Shown one piece after another: positions 37,723-46,764 of a stretch of 64,000 nucleotides of DNA. A model generated the notes under the pieces. The model was not told the DNA's origin and did no database searches. It was given only the letters and a program-made list of their open reading frames with translations. The stretch comes from an uncultured Candidatus Bathyarchaeia archaeon. Lineage in GTDB: Archaea; Thermoproteota; Bathyarchaeia; Bathyarchaeales; Bathycorpusculaceae. The stretch's first letter is position 1; each line of letters begins with the position of its first letter. Location: NCBI GenBank assembly GCA_964501295.1, contig CAZCSF010000004.1:49009-113008 (forward strand), read 5' to 3'. Position numbers and translations under genes: made by a program.

Positions 37723-38880
37723 ATGTGTGGAGTTGCAATTGTTGGCGTTGGATGCGTTGGCTTCAGACCAATAACTCCGGAGCTTTCCTACAAGGAGTTG
37801 ATGTTTGAGGCAGCGGTTAAAGCCTACGAAGACGCCGGTGGAATAAATCCAAGAAAGGATGTGGATGTTTTTGTCACATGTGCCGAAGACTATTTGGAAG
37901 GCTTCAGCATATCCGATGAATTCGTTCCAGACCAGCTTGGCGCGGCTTTGCGGCACTTGTTCACGGTTTCCGGCGACGGCATACTTGGGTTGGCAACAGC
38001 TTACATGCTGATAAAAACTGGTCATTTCGACACTGTTGTGGTGGAAGCCCACAGCAAAGCCTCAGACATTCTCACATACATGGACATCGTCAACTTTGGA
38101 CTTGACCCAATTTTTAATAGACCATTGGGCGGGCACCCATACTACATTGCTGGTTTGGAGATGAACCGTTACTTGCATGACACATGCGCCACAGAAGAGC
38201 AGTGCGCTCAAGTAGTTGTGAAAAACAAGAAAAACGCTATAGCGAACCCCTACGCGGCTTACGGTGCAGACGTAACCATAGACCAAGTTTTGTGTTCTGA
38301 AACCCTCTTCCATCCGCTGAAAAAGCTGGAAATAAGCACACCAGCAGACGGTTGCATAGTCATGGCTTTAGCTTCGGAGAAAGTTGCTGAAAAGCTCACC
38401 GACAAGCCAGTTTGGGTTAAAGGTGTCGGATGGTGCACTGAAACCCCAAGTCTGGAAACAAGAGACTGGACGAGGGCAGTTTACACTCGATTAGCGGCAG
38501 AAATGGCCTATAAAACAGCAGGAATCGCCAATCCATGGAGGGATATAGACTTCGCCGAAATTCACGACTTGTTCGCCTACAAGGAACTTCAGCATATGGA
38601 AGCCCTAAAGCTATGCGATTATGGCGAAGCTGGAAAACTAACAGAGGAGGGCTTAACAGCGTTAGATGGCGAGTTTCCAGTGAACCCGTCTGGAGGACTG
38701 CTTGGAATGGGTTATGGGCTTGAGGCTTCTGGACTGCAAAAGGTCTTGGAGGTTGTTCTACAATTGAGGGGCGAGGCGGGCTCAAGACAAATTGAGGACG
38801 TCGAAGTGGGATTAGCCCATACATGGCGGGGAATCCCAACGGCAACGGGTGCTGTAGCCGTGTTAAGCAATGTTAAGTGA
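37723..38880 (+). CDS. thiolase-fold (SCP-x type) protein lacking the catalytic Cys and His
   Basis: 385 aa. Aligned by eye to the neighbouring canonical thiolase: TEAACSSSG corresponds to LFTVSGDG (Cys to Ser), and GHPVGATG corresponds to GYGLEASG (His to Tyr). Confidence 0.7.
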   Translation: MCGVAIVGVGCVGFRPITPELSYKELMFEAAVKAYEDAGGINPRKDVDVFVTCAEDYLEGFSISDEFVPDQLGAALRHLFTVSGDGILGLATAYMLIKTGHFDTVVVEAHSKASDILTYMDIVNFGLDPIFNRPLGGHPYYIAGLEMNRYLHDTCATEEQCAQVVVKNKKNAIANPYAAYGADVTIDQVLCSETLFHPLKKLEISTPADGCIVMALASEKVAEKLTDKPVWVKGVGWCTETPSLETRDWTRAVYTRLAAEMAYKTAGIANPWRDIDFAEIHDLFAYKELQHMEALKLCDYGEAGKLTEEGLTALDGEFPVNPSGGLLGMGYGLEASGLQKVLEVVLQLRGEAGSRQIEDVEVGLAHTWRGIPTATGAVAVLSNVK

Positions 38881-38891
38881 GGTGGAAGAGC

Positions 38892-40058
38892 ATGTTTGGT
38901 AAGAAAAGGGTTGCAATAGTTGGAGCTGGAATAACCCTGTTCAGAAGAAACTTGAAAGAGACTGGGAAAGAGCTGTCCTACCACGCTGCAAAAATTGCGC
39001 TAGAACAGGCGGGAATGGAGCTTCGCGACATTCAAAGCGTTGTTATGGGAACGGCTCCGGACGCCTTCGACGGCGTCCACATGAAAGGCGAGTATTTGGC
39101 TGACGGAGCAGGAGCCTACCATAAACCATACACAAGGGTTTTTGTGGGCGGTGGAACAGGAGTTTTTACGCCTTTGGCTGGATGGTGGCATGTAGCCTCT
39201 GGACAGTTTGACACTTGCTTGGTTGTCTGCGAAGAGAAAATGTCTTCATGTTATCCGCATCCGCAGTACGCTTTCACAACGATTTTCGACCCAATCCTTG
39301 AACGTCCAATAGGCATGAACCTCATTTGGATTTTCGCTTTGGAAATGAACCGTTACATGCACAAGCATAACATAAAGAAGGAGGACATAGCCCTAGCCTC
39401 AGTCAAGAACAAGCGAAACGCCCTAGACAACCCTATTGCTCAGCTAGCTGCAAACATAACAGTTGAAGACGTGTTAAACTCGGAAGTTATGGCTTGGCCT
39501 GTTCAACGCCTAGATGTTAGCCCAACAAGCGACGGTGCAGCCGCGGCAGTTTTGGTTTCCGAAGACGTGGCAAAAGAAGTCACCGACAATCCCGTATGGA
39601 TTGACGGCGTAGGCTGGTGCATTGACTCAACCCATTGGACTAACCGCGACCTATATTATCCGGATTATGTGGAGTATGCGGCGCGTATGGCTTATAAAAT
39701 GGCTGGAATCAAAAACCCGCCTAAAGAAATCGATGTGGCGGAACCCTATGACCCCTTCGACTATAAAGAGCTGCACCACATGGAAGGCTTGCTCTTATGC
39801 AAGAAGGGCGAAGCGCCGAAACTGACAAGGGAGGGCGTGACCCAGAGGGACGGAGACTTGCCGACGTGCCCGTCCGGCGGGCTTCTTGGATGTGGAAACC
39901 CGATATCGGCAGCGGGAATGATGAAAGTCTGCGAAATCTTCTGGCAACTAAGGGGCGAAGCTGGCAAAAGGCAGGTTCCAGGAGACCCAAGAACAGGTGT
40001 TGCTCAAGCATGGGGGGACCTAATGCAGTATGGCTCAGTAATAGTGTTAAGACGATAA
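38892..40058 (+). CDS. second thiolase-fold (SCP-x type) protein lacking the catalytic Cys and His
   Basis: About 388 aa. The nucleophile position falls in VFVGGGTGV (Gly). GHPVGATG corresponds to GNPISAAG (His to Asn). Its start overlaps or abuts the stop of the preceding paralogue. Confidence 0.7.
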   Translation: MFGKKRVAIVGAGITLFRRNLKETGKELSYHAAKIALEQAGMELRDIQSVVMGTAPDAFDGVHMKGEYLADGAGAYHKPYTRVFVGGGTGVFTPLAGWWHVASGQFDTCLVVCEEKMSSCYPHPQYAFTTIFDPILERPIGMNLIWIFALEMNRYMHKHNIKKEDIALASVKNKRNALDNPIAQLAANITVEDVLNSEVMAWPVQRLDVSPTSDGAAAAVLVSEDVAKEVTDNPVWIDGVGWCIDSTHWTNRDLYYPDYVEYAARMAYKMAGIKNPPKEIDVAEPYDPFDYKELHHMEGLLLCKKGEAPKLTREGVTQRDGDLPTCPSGGLLGCGNPISAAGMMKVCEIFWQLRGEAGKRQVPGDPRTGVAQAWGDLMQYGSVIVLRR

Positions 40059-40075
40059 AAGAGGAGGAGTGGAAA

Positions 40076-40591
40076 ATGAGTGTAAAAATAAAGCATTTTC
40101 CGGGTGAGGAGATTGAGACAAAGGACTTCCGTGAGGGGAAGGTGCTTTTTGAAAGTTTTAGGCCTAAAGCCAAATATGCGTGGAGCGCAGGCATAGCCAT
40201 AAGCCGTTTCCTAGAAGAGTTGAAGAATGGGCGGATTATCGCCTCAACATGCAGCAAGTGCAAGCGCATAATGGTCCCGCCACGGATTTACTGTGAAAAA
40301 TGCTTTAAACCCACAGACGGGTGGACTTATGTGAAGGACACTGGCGTAATCAACACTTTTTCAGTTTCATTTCTGGCTGCTGATGCAACTAGGCTAAAGG
40401 AGCCCATTGTTGTGGCAATAATAGACCTAGATGGCACCTCTGAAAACATGGGAATAATCCACAGAATAGAAGAATATGGAGACTGGAAGGAAATCAAAAT
40501 TGGAATGCGTGTAAAAGCTGTCTGGAAACCTCCAGAAGAGCGTGTAGGAGCCATCACGGACATAAAATACTTCAAACCGTTAAAGGAGTGA
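40076..40591 (+). CDS. DUF35 Zn-ribbon/OB-fold protein
   Basis: The ATG at 40076 is preceded by gaggaggag. CSKCKRIMVPPRIYCEKC. The ORF-track extension back to 39797 overlaps the thiolase-like gene and is rejected. Confidence 0.8.
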   Translation: MSVKIKHFPGEEIETKDFREGKVLFESFRPKAKYAWSAGIAISRFLEELKNGRIIASTCSKCKRIMVPPRIYCEKCFKPTDGWTYVKDTGVINTFSVSFLAADATRLKEPIVVAIIDLDGTSENMGIIHRIEEYGDWKEIKIGMRVKAVWKPPEERVGAITDIKYFKPLKE

Positions 40592-40597
40592 AAAACC

Positions 40598-41065
40598 ATG
40601 AGTTTGGAAAAAATAACCAATCCGTTTGATGCGCGCCATTGGATAGGCCACATGGAGGCTGAATATCGCTACACGCTGGGCATCGCTGGAGAACGCTTTT
40701 TCAAAGAGATAAAAGAAAACGGGCGTATAATGGGGGCTAAATGCCCAAAATGCGGAGTTGTCTTTGTTCCGCCGAGGCTTTATTGCGAAAGGTGCTTTGC
40801 AAAGCTTGAAGAATGGGTTGATGTTGGCAAAAGGGGCGAAGTCTACACGTACACCATCGCCACAATAGATGTGGACGGCAAAAAACTGGAAAAGCCGCAG
40901 ATATACGCCCTAATAAAGTTTGAAGGCGCCCATGGCGGATTAATCCATCGGATAGGCGAAACAGACAAAGTCTACATTGGAATGAAAGTGGAAGCCGTCT
41001 TTAAGCCGTCCAGCGAAAGAAAAGCCTCAATAAACGACATAGCCTACTTCAAATCAGCAGAATAG
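40598..41065 (+). CDS. DUF35 Zn-ribbon/OB-fold protein (second copy)
   Basis: 155 aa with CPKCGVVFVPPRLYCERC. Only 6 nt separate it from the preceding DUF35 gene. Confidence 0.8.
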   Translation: MSLEKITNPFDARHWIGHMEAEYRYTLGIAGERFFKEIKENGRIMGAKCPKCGVVFVPPRLYCERCFAKLEEWVDVGKRGEVYTYTIATIDVDGKKLEKPQIYALIKFEGAHGGLIHRIGETDKVYIGMKVEAVFKPSSERKASINDIAYFKSAE

Positions 41066-41162
41066 CCCTTTTCACTTCCCCTTTTTCCTTGAAAAACTTC
41101 CACGAAACCTTTTAAATGCACTGTTTGGAAAATGGAAGGAGAATTAATAGTAAGGTGCCTAT

Positions 41163-41252
41163 CCCCTTCTGTCTAGATTTTTCCCATTAGATGTCAATTT
41201 TGTTACTGGCGGCGAACTGCCAAAATTGGATACACCTCTCTAGATTTTGTTG
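41163..41252. repeat. left flank repeat of the RelE cassette (two CTCTNTAGATTTT motif copies)
   Basis: ccttctgtctagattttt at 41165-41182, and cctctctagattttgttg at 41235-41252. The latter is an 18-nt perfect match to 41867-41884. Confidence 0.75.
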
Positions 41253-41302
41253 TGGAGAAAAGGTTAAGTTTGTAAAGGGTGATTTGTATGTGAGGATGGT
41301 TT

Positions 41303-41515
41303 ATGTCTAGTGGTGTTTTGGAGGAGGTTTTGAAAGAGGTTAGGCTTGTTCGGGAGAAGGTTGAGAGGTTAGAGGAGATTGTTGAGGAGAGGCTTATTGG
41401 AGTAGAGGAACCTTCAGAGGACGAAGTTAAAGCCGTTAAGGCTTACATGAAAGCTAAAGAAAAGGGAAAAGTGGAGCTTCTGCCATTAGAGGATTTTAAA
41501 AAGAAGGAGAAATAA
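41303..41515 (+). CDS. putative antitoxin (small acidic coiled-coil protein)
   Basis: 70 aa, Glu/Lys-rich. Lies 5 nt upstream of a RelE-like gene. Confidence 0.45.
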   Translation: MSSGVLEEVLKEVRLVREKVERLEEIVEERLIGVEEPSEDEVKAVKAYMKAKEKGKVELLPLEDFKKKEK

Positions 41516-41520
41516 TCATT

Positions 41521-41781
41521 TTGCCAAAATACTGCATCTTTTTAGAAAAAAAGGTGTCCAAACAGCTTGAAAAATTTGACAAGAACACCCGCGATAGGAT
41601 TGTTGAAGCTTTACATGTTTTAAGAGATGAAGGTTTCTCGCGTAGACTTGACATTGTAAAACTGCGGGGTTACAGAAACCATTATAGGTTGCGTGTTGGA
41701 AAGCTCCGCATTCTATTTGAGTTGGAGCGTGAGAGGACAATAATTGTTCATGCTGTACTGCCAAGGGAAACAGCCTATTAA
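41521..41781 (+). CDS. RelE/ParE-family toxin (mRNA interferase)
   Basis: 86 aa. KKVSKQLEKFDKNTRDRIVEAL...KLRGYRNHYRLRVGKLRILFELERERTIIVHAVLPRETAY matches the RelE pattern. Non-ATG (TTG) start. Confidence 0.7.
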   Translation: MPKYCIFLEKKVSKQLEKFDKNTRDRIVEALHVLRDEGFSRRLDIVKLRGYRNHYRLRVGKLRILFELERERTIIVHAVLPRETAY

Positions 41782-41822
41782 AGCATATTATTTTGGTTGC
41801 GGAATAAGCCAATAGCAGCCTA

Positions 41823-41884
41823 CCCCTCTATAGATTTTGGTTTACTGGAAATTTGGTTGCGTTTTCCCTCTCTAGATTTTGTTG
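41823..41884. repeat. right flank repeat of the RelE cassette (two CTCTNTAGATTTT motif copies)
   Basis: cccctctatagattttgg at 41823-41840, and cctctctagattttgttg at 41867-41884. The latter contains the stop codon and last codons of the convergent PLP-enzyme gene. Confidence 0.75.
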
Positions 41885-43047
41885 AGGGCTTGTTTTAGGT
41901 CTGCTATTATGTCTTCCGGGTCTTCTATTCCGAGAGCCAAACGCACAAGTTGGTCTGTTATGCCGAGTTTTTGGCGTTGTTCTGGGGTTATGAAGTAATG
42001 GGATGATGTTGTTGGCTGTGTGGCGAGGGTTTCTGTTCCGCCTAGGCTTGCCGCTAAGAGGCAGAGTTTTAGACTTTCCACAAACTGCACTGTTTTCTCA
42101 AAGTCTCCTTTTATCTCGAAGCTTACAACTCCGCCATAGCCGCGCATCTGTTTTTTGGCTAGGCTGTGCTGCGGGTGGCTTGGCAGTCCCGGATAATAGA
42201 CTTTGGCGATTTTTGGATGTTTTTCCAAGAATTGGGCTATTTGCATTCCGTTTTGGTTATGCCTTTCCATTCTTAGGGCTAGCGTTTTTAAACCACGCAG
42301 TAAAAGCCAAGCCGCCATTGGGTCTAGGGTTCCGCCCAAGATTTTCCGTGTTTTTTTCAGTTTTTGTATGAACTCTTTTGAGCTGCAGACAATTCCGGCG
42401 GTTATATCGTTGTGTCCGCCAAGGTATTTGGTGGCGCTGTGGACGACTATGTCTATGTCAAACTTTATAGGCGTTAGATTGTATGGCGTGGCAAGCGTAC
42501 TATCTATAACCGTTGTTATTCCATGTTTTTTTGCTAGAGCGGCTAGGCGTGGTAAATCCACAATTTTCAGTGTTGGGTTCGTGGGAGTTTCAGCGTAAAC
42601 GACCCGTGTGTTCTTTTTAATGGCTTCTTTTACTTGGCTGATGTCTGCGGCGTCGACTAGGCTGACTTCTATGCCGAATTGTGGCAGCATTTCTTGGAAA
42701 AAGGTTAGGGTTCCGCCATAAAGGTCTCTTGAAGCCACCACATGATCGCCCTTCGAAACAAGGGTAAGCAGTGTTGTTGTTATCGCTGCCATGCCAGAAG
42801 AAAACGCGGCAGCATCTTCAGAGCCTTCGAGAATGGCTATTTTCCTTTCAACAGCCCTTAAGGTTGGGTTGTCAAATCTCGTGTAAATGTAGCCTTCCGC
42901 CTTTTCACTTATAACATCGATTAACTCTTTCGTATTCGTGAAGGCAAAAACAGAAGTCTCATAAATCGGCGTGACAACGCTTCTCTTATCTGGTTTTTCA
43001 CCGCCATGGACAGCCTTTGTTGAGAAACCCGTTTTTTCCAAAGCCAT
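41872..43047 (-). CDS. Cys/Met-metabolism PLP-dependent enzyme (cystathionine gamma-synthase/beta-lyase/methionine gamma-lyase family)
   Basis: 391 aa. Family pattern YTRFDNPT, and the PLP-lysine block VVHSATKYLGGHND. Confidence 0.8.
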   Translation of the reverse strand: MALEKTGFSTKAVHGGEKPDKRSVVTPIYETSVFAFTNTKELIDVISEKAEGYIYTRFDNPTLRAVERKIAILEGSEDAAAFSSGMAAITTTLLTLVSKGDHVVASRDLYGGTLTFFQEMLPQFGIEVSLVDAADISQVKEAIKKNTRVVYAETPTNPTLKIVDLPRLAALAKKHGITTVIDSTLATPYNLTPIKFDIDIVVHSATKYLGGHNDITAGIVCSSKEFIQKLKKTRKILGGTLDPMAAWLLLRGLKTLALRMERHNQNGMQIAQFLEKHPKIAKVYYPGLPSHPQHSLAKKQMRGYGGVVSFEIKGDFEKTVQFVESLKLCLLAASLGGTETLATQPTTSSHYFITPEQRQKLGITDQLVRLALGIEDPEDIIADLKQALNKI

Positions 43048-43153
43048 TCATATTCACCTTTAAACCATTGTTTCATGGCTTGTTAGAGAAATAACTTTTT
43101 AGGCTTGACGTAAATATTTTAGTCAAACCAGCTTGTATAGGGGTTAACGCAGC

Positions 43154-44836
43154 ATGTTTGATGAGGAGAAAATTAAAGAAATAGCCAAAGAAAGGCAACG
43201 CTGGGAAAAGTCAACACTGCCAAACTGGATTAAACATTGCCCAGAAAGGAAAAAGGAGTTCCAAAACCATTCTGGCATGACGATTAAGGGCTTATACACG
43301 CCTGAGGACATCAAAGATTTGGATTACATGAGGGATTTAGGGTTTCCAGGAGAATATCCGTTTACGCGCGGTTTGCATGCAACCATGTACCGCGGTCGCC
43401 TATGGACTATGCGAATGTTCGCTGGATACGGCACCGCTGAGGACACTAATAAGCGGTTCAAATACCTTTTAAGCGAGGGTGAAACCGGATTAAGCACGGC
43501 TTTTGATTACCCGACAATTATGGGTTACGACTCAGACCATCCCATGGCTAGGGGTGAAGTAGGCGTCTGCGGAGTAGCCATATCCTCACTGCAGGACATG
43601 GAAGTCCTTTTTAACGGCATACCATTAGATAAGGTTACGACTTCTATGACTATAAACGGTCCAGCGCCTATCCTCCTCGCCATGTACGTGGCTGTCGGCG
43701 ACAAACAGGGAGTCCCAAGAGAAAAGCTTGGTGGAACAACGCAAAACGACAATTTGAAGGAGTTCTTCGCTCAGAAACTCTGCATTTTTCCGCCAAAGCC
43801 ATCCTTAAAGCTTTCAGTTGACGTAATTGAATATTGTGCCAGATACTTGCCAAAATGGAACCCGATAAGCATTAGCGGCTACCACATCCGCGAAGCAGGC
43901 GCCACAGCAGTCCAAGAGTTAGCCTTCACCATCTATGATGGAATAGCCTATGTGGAGGAAACCCTTAAACGAGGCTTGAAAGTAGACGATTTTGCGCCAC
44001 GTTTATCCTTCTTCTTCGCATCCCACAACGACTTCTTTGAGGAAATAGCCAAGTTCCGCGCTGCCAGACGCCTCTGGGCTAAAATAATGAAGGAACGGTT
44101 CCACGCTAAAAACCCTCGTTCCATGTGGATGCGCATGCACGTTCAAACGTCTGGCTGCACCTTAACGGCGCAGCAACCCCTAAACAACATTGTCCGCACA
44201 ACAATCCAAGCTTTAGCCGCTGTGCTGGGCGGAACCCAATCCTTGCACACCAACTCTTTTGACGAAGCTTTATGCTTGCCAACAGAAGAGTCTGTGCGAG
44301 TAGCCTTGAGAACACAGCAAATAATAGCCTACGAAAGCGGAATTGCAAACACTGTGGACCCCCTTGCGGGCTCATATTACGTGGAGGCGCTGACAAATGA
44401 AATGGAGGAAAAAGTTATGGAGTATATACAAAAAATAGATGACATGGGCGGAGTAATTACAGCCATAGAGAAGGGTTTCTTCCAAAAGGAGATTGCTGAA
44501 AGCGCCTACAGATACCAGAAGGAAATAGAGGAGAAAAAGCGCACACTAGTCGGTGTAAACGAGTACGCCATAGAAGGAGAAAAATGTCCTGTAAAACTTT
44601 TAAGGGTGGACCCAAGCGTTGAAAAAAAGCAGATAGAGAGACTGCAAAAGTTAAAGAGGGAACGCGACAACAGAAAAGTGGAAGAAGCTCTTGAAAAACT
44701 TCATTATGCAGCAGAAAAGGATGAGAATCTCATGCCAACCATAATTGAAGCGGTTAAGGTATATGCCACATTAGGCGAGATAACAGAAGTGCTGCGAAAA
44801 GTTTACGGCGAATACAAAGAACTAATTATAATTTAA
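43154..44836 (+). CDS. adenosylcobalamin-dependent acyl-CoA mutase, large (substrate-binding) subunit
   Basis: 560 aa. [78 protein letters not shown]. Confidence 0.85.
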   Translation: MFDEEKIKEIAKERQRWEKSTLPNWIKHCPERKKEFQNHSGMTIKGLYTPEDIKDLDYMRDLGFPGEYPFTRGLHATMYRGRLWTMRMFAGYGTAEDTNKRFKYLLSEGETGLSTAFDYPTIMGYDSDHPMARGEVGVCGVAISSLQDMEVLFNGIPLDKVTTSMTINGPAPILLAMYVAVGDKQGVPREKLGGTTQNDNLKEFFAQKLCIFPPKPSLKLSVDVIEYCARYLPKWNPISISGYHIREAGATAVQELAFTIYDGIAYVEETLKRGLKVDDFAPRLSFFFASHNDFFEEIAKFRAARRLWAKIMKERFHAKNPRSMWMRMHVQTSGCTLTAQQPLNNIVRTTIQALAAVLGGTQSLHTNSFDEALCLPTEESVRVALRTQQIIAYESGIANTVDPLAGSYYVEALTNEMEEKVMEYIQKIDDMGGVITAIEKGFFQKEIAESAYRYQKEIEEKKRTLVGVNEYAIEGEKCPVKLLRVDPSVEKKQIERLQKLKRERDNRKVEEALEKLHYAAEKDENLMPTIIEAVKVYATLGEITEVLRKVYGEYKELIII

Positions 44837-44850
44837 ATGAGGCGAGGAAA

Positions 44851-45258
44851 ATGCAAGGTGGAAAGAAAATTAGGGTTTTAATAGCCAAACCCGGACTCGA
44901 CAGCCACGACCGGGGAGCAAAAATTGTTGCAAGAGCCTTAAGAGACGCTGGAATGGAAGTGATATACACGGGATTGAGGCAAACGCCGGAACAAATCGTT
45001 GAAACAGCTTTACAAGAAGACGTGGATGTTATAGGCTTAAGCATTTTATCCGGCGCCCACTTGGCTCTCTTTCCAAGAATAATGGATTTGCTGAGGCAGA
45101 AAGGCTTAACAGACGTGCTAGTCTTCGCCGGAGGCATAATACCAGAAGAAGACATTCCGGAGCTTAAGAAAATCGGGATAAAAGAGGTTTTCGGACCTGG
45201 AACTCCCACAGAGACAATAATAAAGTATGTTTTAGAGAATGTGCAGAAAAGAACCTAA
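44851..45258 (+). CDS. acyl-CoA mutase small subunit (B12-binding domain)
   Basis: 135 aa. DxHxxG motif ([12 protein letters not shown]) and the GG block of the cobalamin-binding Rossmann domain. Confidence 0.85.
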   Translation: MQGGKKIRVLIAKPGLDSHDRGAKIVARALRDAGMEVIYTGLRQTPEQIVETALQEDVDVIGLSILSGAHLALFPRIMDLLRQKGLTDVLVFAGGIIPEEDIPELKKIGIKEVFGPGTPTETIIKYVLENVQKRT

Positions 45259-45277
45259 AGAAGACGTGTAAAAGTCC

Positions 45278-46225
45278 TTGTCAAAAATTGATGAAATAAT
45301 AAATGGCGTGCTTGCCGGAGACCGAAGAAAAATAGCGAAAGCCATAACAATAGCCGAAAACAGTCCAGAAGAAGCCCAAAACTTAATCGCCTCTATTTAT
45401 CCCCACACTGGAAAAGCCCAAATAATAGGTTTAACGGGTCCAGGCGGCGCTGGAAAAAGCACTTTGATAGAGAAAATGGTTAGAGAATATAGGCGAAGGG
45501 GTAAAACCGTCGGCGTGATAGCCGTAGACCCAACAAGCCCCTTCAGCGGCGGAGCATTCCTAGGCGACAGAATCCGAATGCAAGAACTAAGCACAGACGA
45601 AGGCGTTTTTATCCGCAGCATGGCAACCCGCAACAACCCGGGAGGAATAGCCAAAGCCACAAAAGACGCTGTAAAAATATTGGACGCCGCTGGGAAAGAC
45701 GTGATAATTGTTGAAACCGTCGGCGCCGGACAATCAGAGGTGGAAATAATCAAAGTGGCACAGACAATAATCGTTATCCACGCGCCTGGACTTGGCGATG
45801 AGATACAAGCCATAAAAGCGGGAATTATGGAGATAGCCGACATATTCGTCGTGAACAAAGCTGACAGAGAAAACGCAGACAAAGCTGTAATGGATATCCA
45901 AGCAATGCTGCAGTTAGACAACAAAGAGAAGCCTTGGACACCGCCAATAATAAAAACAGTCGCCCTCACAGGCGAAGGAGTCCCAAAATTAATAGAAAAA
46001 ATAGAAGAGCACTGGCAGTTCCTAAAGAAAGAGTTATGGCACAAAAGAAGCCTAGAAAAAGCTGAAGCCGAATTAATAGAGGCGATAAAGGAAAAAGTGA
46101 CAAGCTCAATAATAGAAAAACTGAAAAGGGAGAAAAGATTCGAAAAGGTTCTCCAGCAAATTGTGGAAAGACAAATAGACCCAGCATCAGCGGCTGAAAA
46201 ACTGTTAAACCAAGAGTTGGAGTAA
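45278..46225 (+). CDS. meaB: MeaB/ArgK-type G-protein chaperone of B12 mutases
   Basis: 315 aa. GLTGPGGAGKST P-loop, VETVGAGQSE, VVNKAD. Confidence 0.85.
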   Translation: MSKIDEIINGVLAGDRRKIAKAITIAENSPEEAQNLIASIYPHTGKAQIIGLTGPGGAGKSTLIEKMVREYRRRGKTVGVIAVDPTSPFSGGAFLGDRIRMQELSTDEGVFIRSMATRNNPGGIAKATKDAVKILDAAGKDVIIVETVGAGQSEVEIIKVAQTIIVIHAPGLGDEIQAIKAGIMEIADIFVVNKADRENADKAVMDIQAMLQLDNKEKPWTPPIIKTVALTGEGVPKLIEKIEEHWQFLKKELWHKRSLEKAEAELIEAIKEKVTSSIIEKLKREKRFEKVLQQIVERQIDPASAAEKLLNQELE

Positions 46226-46232
46226 ACCACAC

Positions 46233-46763
46233 ATGCCTAAACTCGAAAAGGGGCTTGTGCAGGTTTATACGGGCGACGGAAAAGGCAAAACCTCAGCAGC
46301 CTTCGGACTGGCATTAAGGGCGATAGGAAGAGGGCTAAAGGTCTACATAATACAGTTTATCAAAGGAGGCTTCGACTACGGAGAACTATACATAATCGAC
46401 AAGCTTCCAAACCTTAAACTGAAAGCTTTTGGAAGAGGAAAATTCGTCACACACCAGCCACCGGAAAAAGTTGATATCGCATTTGCTGAAGAAGCGTTTC
46501 AGCTAGCTCGCGAAGTTGTGAAAAGCGGAGACTACGACATGGTTATATTAGACGAAATCAACGTAGCCCTAAACCTGAAACTCATAAGCCTAAAAGAAGT
46601 TTTAGAACTCATCAAGAACAAGCCAAAACACGTTGAACTCGTTTTGACGGGACGCTACGCACCAAACGAGATAATAGAAATCGCCGACCTAGTTACCGAA
46701 ATGAAGGAGGTTAAACACCCTTATAGAAAGGGATGTCAAGCAAGAAAGGGAGTAGACTACTAA
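46233..46763 (+). CDS. cobO: cob(I)alamin/cob(I)yrinic acid a,c-diamide adenosyltransferase (CobO/BtuR type)
   Basis: 176 aa. VYTGDGKGKTSAAFGLALRA P-loop, ILDEIN, LVLTGR. Confidence 0.8.
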   Translation: MPKLEKGLVQVYTGDGKGKTSAAFGLALRAIGRGLKVYIIQFIKGGFDYGELYIIDKLPNLKLKAFGRGKFVTHQPPEKVDIAFAEEAFQLAREVVKSGDYDMVILDEINVALNLKLISLKEVLELIKNKPKHVELVLTGRYAPNEIIEIADLVTEMKEVKHPYRKGCQARKGVDY

Positions 46764-46764
46764 A

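Noticed and set aside
39721-40269. 182-aa minus-strand ORF, and the 39797 upstream extension of the DUF35 ORF
   Set aside because: Both overlap the thiolase-like gene, which has a strong family pattern. The DUF35 gene has a good ATG at 40076, preceded by gaggaggag, right after the upstream stop.
44826-45209. 127-aa minus-strand ORF antisense to the B12-binding subunit gene
   Set aside because: The sense strand encodes the DxHxxG cobalamin-binding domain. The antisense product has no recognisable features.
45397-46230. 277-aa minus-strand ORF, plus an 88-aa ORF at 45966-46232, antisense to meaB
   Set aside because: It is entirely overlapped by a plus-strand gene with clear MeaB motifs. The translation is Ser/Ile/Phe-rich and low in complexity, typical of an antisense shadow ORF.
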